A stretch of DNA of 64,000 bases, taken from assembly GCA_964019425.1 (NCBI GenBank), contig OZ025800.1, positions 496,001 to 560,000 of the forward strand, in the 5' to 3' direction. This DNA is from Flectonema sp. DT1601. Lineage: Eukaryota. Each line of letters opens with the position of its first letter. Position 1 is the stretch's first letter. Below are positions 52,271 to 62,754 of this stretch, one piece after another. The position numbers and the translations under genes are program-made. Under the pieces are notes generated by a model. It had not been told where the DNA came from. It did no database searches and worked only from the letters and a program-made list of their open reading frames with translations.

Positions 52271-54610
52271 ATGTTTTATGTTGTGAAATATTTCCTCTCT
52301 GAGGATGACACTGAGGAAGAAAAAAGGACAAAACGGATAGTCGTAGCTTGCTCCATGTTTTTCGTATTGCTACTAACTTATATATCATTATCACGCATAG
52401 TAAGACACAGTGATGAAGATATAAAGTTGCTGATACCCTTAAATTCAACTGCGACTGTTCTGTGTTTTGTTCTCTTAACAAAATGGTTTATAACTAAGAA
52501 GCAAACAAATCTTGACCGGATTATTCTTATTTATATAATTTTGGTAGTCATATTAATTACTGACGTTGTAAGCGCTAGTGAGATGAGGGAGCCGATATGG
52601 CCTGCTGCTGTACTCGTCGTCGATTTAATTTTGTTGTGCTCTCTTCCTGCTATAGTCGGTAGGGTTACCGTCAGCGTTGTTGTTGTGTACTTACTGATAT
52701 GCGCAGTTGAAAAGACTACCCGTTTCGGACTTTATGATGTCCGTGGAGTTAAGATGATCCAGTATCGAGATTGTTTTTTAAACTTATCCGTTGAGGAGAT
52801 AGAAGCCACACCTTGTAAGCAAGAAGCAAAATACGCATTTGGTATGACTTTCTTCTACTTAGGAGTGTTTTTAATGGACTATTATTGCACGAGGAAATTC
52901 GCTTCAGAAATGAGAAGTGAACAAATGTTATTAAAAAGTAGTATGGATCTCGCTGAAACCGTCGCTTCTGCGTTGGTTAAGTTCGATCTGGAGAAGGCTC
53001 AGCAACACATCGATTGTGAGAATACTCCGCTGACTACGTCATTAGGAAAGTTGCTCCGAAACTTAAATAAATACAAACCGTACCTTCCAGACTCACTGTT
53101 TACAGATGACGACAAGGTTGAAGGCTTTACTAATATTACTCCTCCACCTGGTCCACAAGCTGCAATCCTTTTCACAGATATGAAGATGTCGACGTCTATT
53201 TGGGAAGCATCTCCTGAAGCGATGAGAAAAGCATTAAAACTCCACAACCGAATAATAAGAAATTGTATTGTTACTTACAAAGGTTACGAAGTCAAGACCA
53301 TCGGTGACGCTTTTATGGTGGCATTTCAGACCTTTTCGGAAGGATGTAAATTTGCTGCTGCTGTTCAAGAAGAAATGATGTCAGCAACATGGCCGTCTGG
53401 TTTAATTCTACCCAGCATCTTTGAAGAAAATGGATGGCGCGGACTGATGATTCGAATTGGACTCCACTTTGGTGATGTTGACGTTGAGGTAAATCCTTTT
53501 TCTGGTCGCAGTGATTATTTCGGAAGGGCAGTCAACAAGGCAGCTCGTTTGGAAAACATTTGTCCTGCTGGTGGTATTGCTGTGGATACGAACTATGAAG
53601 GTTTTATCGACCTAGGAACCGGTTGGTCGTTATCTCATTCTACAGAAACCTTAAGAGGAATTGAAAAACCAGAAGCGATCACACTTATAACTCGAAATCA
53701 TGTTACGTTAGGTAGTTCAAGTGGTACAGAAACAAAGTTTAGTCACATTTCCTTACGTGATAAAGAAGATGTTGGTGATTCAGTTCAGCAGGTGCTCATC
53801 AGTAGAAATGTTGCCACAACTTGCCATGTTCGATTCCTTATCAATTCAGAGAACTCTCAAGAAATTCAAAATCAATTTAATGCAGCGATTGAGAAGTCAG
53901 TTTCATGTTTAGAAAGGACCGAAGGATCGATTGTATCAGTTTTGTGTACTTCAATAGTTTTGGGATGGAATACAAATAGATCGTCTCCTGATCATTTTAG
54001 AAGTGCCTTACAATTCGTTTCATTACTTCATGGATTAGTCAACCCTTCGACTGTCTCAGTTGGTATCGCGACAAGTCCTGTTCACTGTGGTTGTATTGGA
54101 ACACGTGATCAAAGATTTATTACAGTCTTTGGTAAGTGTATCAATCTGTGTGGATTATTATGCCAAGCTGGTTGTGACATAAAAACTTTCGCGCTTTGCG
54201 CACCAAACTCGAGAGATCTTCCGATTTGGAGACCAGTTGACCGCTGGCTAGAAAACGGAGAAACCAACATCGTTATTTACGAACTGCAGGCTGCTAAATT
54301 GAAAAGATGGTTAACTTTGGATGCTATATCAAATAGCCGTTGTAAGGACGAAGTCTCAGCACAGGCCCCAGACTGGGGCTGGAGTGACGACTACTGGGAG
54401 ACGTTCGCCAGCAAAGATTGGGAAGCTATTGATCACAATAAGTCTCCAGAGGACCATGTACTAAAACAAGTCGCTGAAATGATGAGGCGATGCATATCAA
54501 TGAGGATGTTGACGTCTCTCAATAATAATCAACAATTCCGCGCCTATGAGAAAAACAACAGTCCCACTCAATTACAGAACTTCTCGTTGGCATATTCAGA
54601 ATTTGAGTAA
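52271..54610 (+). CDS. Multi-pass membrane class III adenylyl cyclase with a second degenerate cyclase-like domain
   Basis: About six N-terminal hydrophobic segments; ILFTDMKMSTSIW, YEVKTIGDAFMVAF, IRIGLHFG and DYFGRAVNKAARLE. Confidence 0.9.
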   Translation: MFYVVKYFLSEDDTEEEKRTKRIVVACSMFFVLLLTYISLSRIVRHSDEDIKLLIPLNSTATVLCFVLLTKWFITKKQTNLDRIILIYIILVVILITDVVSASEMREPIWPAAVLVVDLILLCSLPAIVGRVTVSVVVVYLLICAVEKTTRFGLYDVRGVKMIQYRDCFLNLSVEEIEATPCKQEAKYAFGMTFFYLGVFLMDYYCTRKFASEMRSEQMLLKSSMDLAETVASALVKFDLEKAQQHIDCENTPLTTSLGKLLRNLNKYKPYLPDSLFTDDDKVEGFTNITPPPGPQAAILFTDMKMSTSIWEASPEAMRKALKLHNRIIRNCIVTYKGYEVKTIGDAFMVAFQTFSEGCKFAAAVQEEMMSATWPSGLILPSIFEENGWRGLMIRIGLHFGDVDVEVNPFSGRSDYFGRAVNKAARLENICPAGGIAVDTNYEGFIDLGTGWSLSHSTETLRGIEKPEAITLITRNHVTLGSSSGTETKFSHISLRDKEDVGDSVQQVLISRNVATTCHVRFLINSENSQEIQNQFNAAIEKSVSCLERTEGSIVSVLCTSIVLGWNTNRSSPDHFRSALQFVSLLHGLVNPSTVSVGIATSPVHCGCIGTRDQRFITVFGKCINLCGLLCQAGCDIKTFALCAPNSRDLPIWRPVDRWLENGETNIVIYELQAAKLKRWLTLDAISNSRCKDEVSAQAPDWGWSDDYWETFASKDWEAIDHNKSPEDHVLKQVAEMMRRCISMRMLTSLNNNQQFRAYEKNNSPTQLQNFSLAYSEFE

Positions 54611-54645
54611 CTCAGAAGGTAGTGGCTAAACAAGAAATAATATAA

Positions 54646-54692
54646 CACGTGTGCCCACGTGTGCCCACGTGTGCCCACGTGTGCCCACGTGT
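54646..54692. repeat. Minisatellite (CACGTGTGCC)4 + CACGTGT
   Basis: Directly visible, 36 nt after the cyclase stop codon. Confidence 0.95.
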
Positions 54693-56501
54693 TGACGTTG
54701 TATTTGTGTACGAAAACCTTCCTGCAATCCATCAAATATTTGATGTCAGTTCGGATCAGTAGTTCTATAAAAAAAGTTCAATTCTCTTTCGGATATGATT
54801 TCTGTTTGTGGAGAGCATCCTTACATGTAGTTATCCTCATGGATTCCTACTTCTAATTTAGAAACTAAACTGACCTGTCATGGAGCGCTATTATCGTATT
54901 CCGATTCGAAGTCCAAGTCCGGTTGGATGTAGCACTGAGTTGACGGCTCGTTTCGTCTTGTCGGGTTCCCCCCGACTAAGGCAACAACTAGCATTAGGTC
55001 AATATATCTCGCTGCCATTGTGTGGCCAACACTGCTACGTACAAGTCCTGATCACTTCTGTGATCTCTTCCTTTGTACGGATTATTGTTGACATTCTCTC
55101 TCTTCAGTGATTCTCGTCGGCGAGGGTTTATCGCCGCAACGTCGCCGGATGTTCCCCTTCCGGAATATGAGGCCTCGAGTTGAATTCCTGCTGGGGATGT
55201 CCTGCTCTGTTTTATGTACACCTTCTTAGTTCTTACCTACTTGTTAAATGCAAAAGAAAAAATTGACCAACTTCACCTTTTACTCGCACCTTTGTTTTGT
55301 TTGTGCGCAACGGGTACAAAAATCCTAGTAAAGGAATAGGTTAGTTACGCTGTCACAATCCTCTTTCTACCGAACAAACCCAGGGTTTGTGGGTACAAAA
55401 CCACCCTGTTTTGTTTTATATATACGGAAATGACGTTTGCATCATCAATAATAATAATAATAATAATAATAAAACTGAAGTTGTTTTGTGGTCTGGTGAT
55501 AGAGAATGATGAGGGAAAAAAAAAAAAACCATTCAGATTAGCCTTGAATTTCGTTGAAAGCAGACAAAATCCTGTGGCGCGGGGAAAATAAATCATCGAC
55601 CATAAGAAATACCGGCTTTCAATCCGAATAGTTTCTTCTCCGACTGCGTCGGACAAAAAAAAAAACCTACTTGTTGTTGTTGTTGTTCGCTGTTTTTTTT
55701 TTTTTTTTTTTTTTTTTTTGTTGTTGTTGTTATGTAACAGAGAGGGGCAGCCTTTCTCTCAAAAAGAATCGGCAAACTTCACTTTTTTACTTACTCACTC
55801 ACACTTTTATTTTGTTTGTGCGCAACCGGTAGAAAATCCTAATAAAGGAATAGGTAGTTACGCTGCCACAATTCTCTTTCTACCGAACAATGGGTTTGTA
55901 GGTACAAAAAAAAAAAAAAAAAAAAAAAAACTCGATTCCAGTAGACAAGAAAAAGCAAAAGAGCTATAAGGTGTGTTTTCTTCCCGTCATTTAAAAAAAA
56001 AGAAAAAAAAAAAAAACAATTCCTATATAACTCATCATCAACATAGAAGTGGTCAATTCAACCCTCTCCAAACCTTAGTGTAGTTTTGGGCAGTTTCAAG
56101 TTACTTTACAGGTTTTGTCGAGCTGCTGCAATCATATTTATTATTGATATTATATTGGACGGAATTACTTTTATTTGTGACCGTCTGTGGTTCTTTGATT
56201 TTCTTGAAGTGATTTGTGTTCTGACGTGCTCGGTGAAGTCTCCTAAAAAGAAGGATATGACTAGAGTTAACCCAACAAGTATCTTTTTATTTTTACTTTT
56301 CTTATGGAGTTATTCCTTTTTTTTTTTGTTTGTTTATTTTATTTTTTATTTTTTACATGCTGTTGTTTCAAAGACGATCTTACCAAAAAGAATTGGCTTT
56401 AACTTCAACTATACAGAAAATAATGATATAACACTGTGGTTTTTTGTTTGTGCTTACCAAAAAAAACCCGATATTTTATTACTAAAATTTACACTTCCCC
56501 A

Positions 56502-56532
<31 letters not shown>

Positions 56533-57216
56533 TTGTTTGACTTTTTTTTTTAGTGTATTCTGTTAGCTCTGTTTTTATTTAAAAAAAGAAATATATCTCA
56601 TCAGTTATAACAAAACAATGGGATCACCTCACACTGAAGTTATGAATATCGGACCTGGTAGACGAAAGGGGATTCTTTCACCAGGAGAGATAACAATTTC
56701 AAACAGAGCTCAGATTCCTATATTCATATCTGGTCAGCTTGCTGAGACCGGTTGCAGTAACATTAAAAGGCTAAGAAATGTTCCATCAGGTTTGCCAGCA
56801 CTTCCAGCAACAGGAGGGAGTTCAAAAATAAATCGACAACTGTAACATAAAAATATTTGTCGTTCTGGAGACTTCACCAGAAGGAATGAAATAAATTATT
56901 ACACTTTAAATTATCTGACGTCGTTATCTGTAATGCAAACTTTTTTTTATTATTCTAAGTGTTGCCTCGCATTACACGTGGCCTGAAATGTATTTCTACA
57001 CGTCTTCCTGTCATTTCTCTTTCATGGGTTGCAGTGTAGGTCCAAACAAGTTGTATTTATTTTTTCTTTTTCTTTCTGCAATTTACTTTCGTCTGTGATG
57101 TGACGCATCAATTAGTTTATTTTCAGAAGGTAAAACAAACAAACAAAGAAGAAACTAGGATAAAACTAAGTTTTTCTTTGGGGAAAAAAAAAAAAAAACA
57201 ACAAAAAACAAAAAAA

Positions 57217-60200
57217 ATGAAAAATGCCATTTTTGCAGTGATGATGATGGTCTTGCTGGTGGCTGACGTGAGTGGGATGCCACCATTTCCACCAGCTTGT
57301 AAAAGTAGAATAACGAGACCGGAACCGACAGGTACAATTGGACACGGACCATATGCAGTAAATGAGTTCTCTTGTTGGTATATCCCATGTACGGATTTCT
57401 TGACGTTAACATTTAGAGCATTCAAAACTGAGAACAACTACGACTTTCTTACGGTAGAAGAGAGAACAGGACAAAGTCGGTCACAGAGACTACGTCACTC
57501 AGGAAATGTGGCACCTGGCCCGATATCAATTAGAGATGTGTCGGGTGCTATGTTAATCTTTGAGTCTGATTCTTCTGTTGTAGATGATGGTTTCACTGTA
57601 GATTATGTCTGTGGCGCTAATGCATTCGTCACTGAAACAGTTGCCCTTCCACCTGCATGTCCTACTGAACCAACCGCTATTGATGTCAGCAGTGGTTCTG
57701 ACTCTTATCGACCATCTGGAGGCTACCCAAATAATGATGACAGGTGTTGGGTTATAAACTGTGCTAGTTCTTTGACGTTGGAATGGCAATCTTTTTCAAC
57801 GGAATCTGGTTATGATTTTGTTACAATTTATCAAATTGATGGTTCAAGTACATCAGTTCATCAGGTCTATTCAGGAACAGATCCTATTGCACCTGTGTCA
57901 TATACTGGTGATGGTGTGATTATTGGTTTTAAGTCAGACTCAACAATCAGGGGTGAGGGATTTACATTCAGTTGGAATTGTGACGCAGCTCTTCCTCAAT
58001 GTGTTTCCATTACCACCCCAGGACGTGCATCAACTACGGGAAACTATCAAATAATTGAAACAAATTATTGGGTAAGATTCCCAGCAGTTGGATCCGGTGA
58101 GAAAATATCATTTTTAACTCATTCAGACACTACTGATGACTGGGTACTACGAACTCTTGGGACACCTAGGTCACAGTACGAATGGTCAGTCTCTAGAACT
58201 GCCTCACCTATTAGTTTATTACTTCCGACATTCACCATTGCTGGAGGAGGAGTTCCCCAGCTTTCAATCTGTACGACTGCTGCATTTCAGTGTAACTTTG
58301 ATTCTGATTGCATGCCAGGTATCACTCTCCCTTATATTGCTATTTCGGAATTACAAAACAAATATCGTTGTATCAATAATCTATGTGTGTGTGATCCACT
58401 GTATCTAATGATTATCCCTGGTGATGGTAGATGCACATGTATAATTGACAGCATGAGAGCAACCTTCTACAATGAGGATACTTTTTCTTGTTTACCATTG
58501 TGTGATCTAGAAATGGCTCCTTCCATGAGTGAACAAAGTTGTGATGAATTTCATATACAGCAGTGCAAACCTTTTTTCCCAATCCAACGTGGAAATTGCA
58601 GTGTTTGCGAATCAGACAGCGACTGTTTTCCTGACAATCAGTATGAGGGATTCACAGGTGCGACTTGTGATTTGGAAACTGGTATGTGTAGCTGTCCTAG
58701 TACTGCTCATTGGGAAGCAGGTCGATGCCAATGTGACTCTGGAGTAACACCAGCGAGCATCAGTAGAATGCAGTGCGTTGTTTCTGATCCAGTTTGTAAT
58801 GAGCACATTGACTGTTTTAGTGATATTATTTCTGGTGGGCTGTCTGCTGACAACTACATGGTTCTCAAGACGCTGCCATGTCAGGAAAGATTTTGTGTTT
58901 GTAGACCCCCATTAACAATTAACTTATCAACTGGGAAATGTATATGTCAAATTCCGTACCAATACAGTTCTGTAATGCAGCACTGCATGAGAATCACACC
59001 TTCGTCACTAGAAGGACCACAATCACCAGGAGTATGTGCGCCTCTTGTTGAGACTTGTCAACCTGGACTTCCCATCACATGTAAGACGGGGTTTGTTCCA
59101 AACATCTTTGGTAACTGTATTGGATGTGAACAACAGTCAGGTTGTTTTAGTCCTGACTTCGCTTACACCTCAGCATACTCTGAAGTAAACCCTAAGTGTG
59201 AGTACAATCACAACTTAGGAGTTTCTGCCTGTGTTTGTGGTCCTGGCATGATATGGAGAGGTAGTTCGTGTAAGTGTAGAAATCAAGGTAGTGAAGTTAG
59301 ATCATTAACAAGTACTGGTAGGTGTACTGCTCAAATGGAATGTTTAACAGATACTGATTGCTTTGCTGAAGCAACCACTACTCGTATTCCTTTATTTGAA
59401 AATGGTGCGAGTGTTATTCAGTGTCGTGCTAACAGATGTGTCTGTGGTCAAAAGGTTGTCCTGAGTGCTACTGGTATCTGTCAGTGTCCGTCATGGGCTG
59501 TTTGGTCACCAACATTGCAGGACTGCGTTTCTCGTTGCCAAGAAACTTACGACTTTTCTTATGAGCAGTGCACAGTAGGTGCGGCTCAGCAGTGCAAGCC
59601 TCTGTACCCATGGACTGGAAATGTTTGTCAGTTGTGTACAGATGCTGTACAATGTACAATTGATAAATTCACACCAGTTCCTGGAGTTACTTGTTCAGCC
59701 GGACGATGCAACTGCGGTCCTAATTTGGTGTGGGAACTTAGTGCTTGCAGATGCCCAGGTGGTGTAACCCTCTCAGGAAACGGTGGATGTCCAACCTGCT
59801 CGGCTGACTCAGAGTGTATGTCAGTTGCTGGTCAACCAGCAGACGGTGTTATCCACCCCAACGCTCGTTGTATTGTAGGACAGTGTGTTTGTGGTCCTGG
59901 TCTTGATCAGGTTGGTAATCGATGCAGGTGTGCTAGTGGCGATTACTCTCATGAAACTTATAGTTGTAGAACTTGTTCTTTTGCAAGAGACTGCTTTAGG
60001 AACACACCAACAGGTGAGCCATATGACAGGGAATGGTCTTTATGGTGTGTTGATGGAACCTGTCAGTGTGGTCCAGGATTCACACCTGACGGTACTGGGA
60101 AATGTCAATGCAGTACCGGTACTCACCAAAACCAGTTCGGTATTTGTGTTTCTTGTAATAATAATCCAGATTGCTTTAGCGATGCTGACTACGTAAAGGC

Positions 60201-61920
60201 TCAAACCCGAATCGGAACGAACGAAGGCTGCATTATTGGTGTTTGTAAGTGTGGCAGCTATGCCGCTTCAGGTTCCATCTGCAAAGCGTGTTCGACAAAT
60301 GCTGACTGTGATCCAAACGGAAAGGGACTTAGCGGAGTAACATGTTCTCAAACAACTGGGATCTGTGAATGTTCAGGTGAATTTAGCCTACAAAATGGAA
60401 TTTGTGGATGTGCAAACGCTGACCAGTTCGTCAGTGAAAGTGGTTCTTGTGTTTCAAAGACTAATGCCTGTCGAGATGACATGGCTTGCTTACCTGGAAC
60501 TAGTGCAGTAACAACTGGTGTGACTTGTAGGATATCGAGTGGTACTTGTTCTTGTGATTCAACTCGTAATGTTGTGTACAACTCTAATACCAATAGATGT
60601 GAATGTGCTTCAGGAACTACTTTAATAAACAACGTCTGTGGTTATTGTACGACATCTTCTGACTGTCTTGGCGTTTCCTTCATACTCCCAGAAGATAACG
60701 GCGTCGCCTGCAGTAACAATCAATGTCACTGCTCTGGAAGGTACGCTGCTACCAAATTTGGGCTGTGTGAGTGCGCATCCGTAAATAATCTTCCTGCAAC
60801 ACTCGATCCTTACACAGGTATTTGTATAAGCAGATGTGCTGTAAATGTAGACTGTGTCACTAACGTAGTTGATGGTATTAACCCAGGTGATAATGCTAAA
60901 TGTATTCCATCAACAGGACGATGTGAATGTGGATTAGCTGCTGCTGATGGCACCTACGACGTTAACTGGTTGAGATCAGCTGATAATAAATGTATTTATC
61001 AACCTATTAATGGTGTTGTTTCTACTGTTCCGGGTGAGCAAATTGTTAGACTCTGCTCAGTTGATTCTGACTGCGTGTCTCTAGACAATCAAGGGACCCC
61101 ACCAGCTGGTGATGTTTCCTGTAACTTTCAACGTGGTGTTTGTATTTGTAGAAACACTTATGAACTTTATGATTCAACTATCTGTCGTAGGAAGGATGAC
61201 ACAGTAGTACCAACATCTCTTCTCACTTTATCAATCTTATACAGTGATAAGACGTGTGAAGATGTCAACCACGCAGACTTAACTGCTGCCATTGCAAGAG
61301 TTTGGTCAACAACATACCAAACTGATTTAGCATCTGTCGACATAGAACTGAAATGTGGGTCAATTGGTGTTCAGGCTAGATTGAAGGTCCTTGCTCAGCT
61401 TCTTAGAATAAATTCAAGAAATAGATATCGTGAACTGATGAGAGGAGAAGATGTTTTATTTAGATTGGGTGAGCCAGGTGTGATAAACGCCGCAACAGGA
61501 ACATCACTTTGTCAAATTAGACATCCGGTGACCGCAGCAGAAATGTTTCACGGTGTATGTCAACCAACCGCATGCGCTGCTAACTACACTTTAGTCAAAC
61601 AACAAAGTCTCGGAGGAGTCGACACTTGTTATGATTCAAGTGTTACACCGCTTCCTGTTGTCCTTCGAATTCCTGGAAAGGACGCTGAATCTAAATTCAT
61701 TGAAACAGTAATCGTAATCTCTGGTTCAGCTGTTGTTGTAGTCATTCTTCTTATATCCCTCGCATTGTTTTGTCGATACAGAGCAATCAAATCAGGAGCT
61801 TACTTTGATATCGAGAAGGGAAGCTCGCTGGATAAACAATCTGATGAAAACGCTTCTAAAAAAGGGGACAGTGAAGACAAGGAACTAGCAACCTCAAATG
61901 GACCCGATTGTGACGAATAA
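57217..61920 (+). CDS. Large type I membrane protein: two CUB domains + many EGF-like Cys repeats (1567 aa)
   Basis: ATG 57217 with signal peptide; CUB motifs (CWYI...FKTENNYDFLTV...FESDSSV..DGF; CWVI...FSTESGYDFVTI...FKSDSTI.GEGF); CxxDxDC repeats; C-terminal TM. Confidence 0.92.
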   Translation: MKNAIFAVMMMVLLVADVSGMPPFPPACKSRITRPEPTGTIGHGPYAVNEFSCWYIPCTDFLTLTFRAFKTENNYDFLTVEERTGQSRSQRLRHSGNVAPGPISIRDVSGAMLIFESDSSVVDDGFTVDYVCGANAFVTETVALPPACPTEPTAIDVSSGSDSYRPSGGYPNNDDRCWVINCASSLTLEWQSFSTESGYDFVTIYQIDGSSTSVHQVYSGTDPIAPVSYTGDGVIIGFKSDSTIRGEGFTFSWNCDAALPQCVSITTPGRASTTGNYQIIETNYWVRFPAVGSGEKISFLTHSDTTDDWVLRTLGTPRSQYEWSVSRTASPISLLLPTFTIAGGGVPQLSICTTAAFQCNFDSDCMPGITLPYIAISELQNKYRCINNLCVCDPLYLMIIPGDGRCTCIIDSMRATFYNEDTFSCLPLCDLEMAPSMSEQSCDEFHIQQCKPFFPIQRGNCSVCESDSDCFPDNQYEGFTGATCDLETGMCSCPSTAHWEAGRCQCDSGVTPASISRMQCVVSDPVCNEHIDCFSDIISGGLSADNYMVLKTLPCQERFCVCRPPLTINLSTGKCICQIPYQYSSVMQHCMRITPSSLEGPQSPGVCAPLVETCQPGLPITCKTGFVPNIFGNCIGCEQQSGCFSPDFAYTSAYSEVNPKCEYNHNLGVSACVCGPGMIWRGSSCKCRNQGSEVRSLTSTGRCTAQMECLTDTDCFAEATTTRIPLFENGASVIQCRANRCVCGQKVVLSATGICQCPSWAVWSPTLQDCVSRCQETYDFSYEQCTVGAAQQCKPLYPWTGNVCQLCTDAVQCTIDKFTPVPGVTCSAGRCNCGPNLVWELSACRCPGGVTLSGNGGCPTCSADSECMSVAGQPADGVIHPNARCIVGQCVCGPGLDQVGNRCRCASGDYSHETYSCRTCSFARDCFRNTPTGEPYDREWSLWCVDGTCQCGPGFTPDGTGKCQCSTGTHQNQFGICVSCNNNPDCFSDADYVKAQTRIGTNEGCIIGVCKCGSYAASGSICKACSTNADCDPNGKGLSGVTCSQTTGICECSGEFSLQNGICGCANADQFVSESGSCVSKTNACRDDMACLPGTSAVTTGVTCRISSGTCSCDSTRNVVYNSNTNRCECASGTTLINNVCGYCTTSSDCLGVSFILPEDNGVACSNNQCHCSGRYAATKFGLCECASVNNLPATLDPYTGICISRCAVNVDCVTNVVDGINPGDNAKCIPSTGRCECGLAAADGTYDVNWLRSADNKCIYQPINGVVSTVPGEQIVRLCSVDSDCVSLDNQGTPPAGDVSCNFQRGVCICRNTYELYDSTICRRKDDTVVPTSLLTLSILYSDKTCEDVNHADLTAAIARVWSTTYQTDLASVDIELKCGSIGVQARLKVLAQLLRINSRNRYRELMRGEDVLFRLGEPGVINAATGTSLCQIRHPVTAAEMFHGVCQPTACAANYTLVKQQSLGGVDTCYDSSVTPLPVVLRIPGKDAESKFIETVIVISGSAVVVVILLISLALFCRYRAIKSGAYFDIEKGSSLDKQSDENASKKGDSEDKELATSNGPDCDE

Positions 61921-62723
61921 TGAAAGCATTCTTATCTTTTTGCTGTTATAAACAACGGTCGATTATGTTGCTTCGTTTCGTGCCTCTGTGAGAGGCATGT
62001 GTTACACTAGTTGGCTACGAAAGCTGTACGGGTCCTGGTTGGCCACTCGTTGATGAGGTTTTTTATTACAAAACTATTTTTCGATCAGTTCATTCACGTG
62101 TTGTCGAGGGTTTTTTTTATTTCTTTCTTTTTCAATGTTTGGCAATGGTGTTTGCCTACTGTATCTTCTGATCACACTCCCTCCCCATCGATACCAACTG
62201 TTGGTCTTTTTACAAGGCAACCGTGTTTAGCCAAATCCTAGCCAGTTTCAAGTTGCTTTTTATGTTATTACGGTGTCAAGTCTCTCTCTTAAATTACTAA
62301 ACACTGGGCTGTGAATCGCTGCAGCCACCCTTTATGTTAATAATGATAACTTTAGTACCGACAGCATTATATTCTTATATCAGTCGTGATACTATCGAGT
62401 GGTGCACATTATCGTTCCCGATCCGCTCTCCAATTTTATATTTATGTTATTACTACACACATGTTAATCACTTTCGTAATTTAGTTAATTAGTGCTTTCA
62501 ACCAGTCTGGGAGTGATCGTTTTTTTTTTTTTTTTGTGCTGTTTCTTGAAACATGATTCAGATTTTTGTGGAAACCCAAATCGTTATAATAAATATCATC
62601 AAAGAAATAAGTTTTGTTGGAGGGAACCTGTTAAAGCTTTCTGCTTGCAACTTTAATTCTGTGAGTAGTTACTACATGGGTGTTTTCTTTAGTTGATCAA
62701 AATAACGACCAGTAGGGTAAAGC

Positions 62724-62754
<31 letters not shown>

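Noticed and set aside
56618..56845. 75-aa ATG ORF upstream of the CUB gene
   Set aside because: Short, with no recognisable motif; cannot be supported without expression data.
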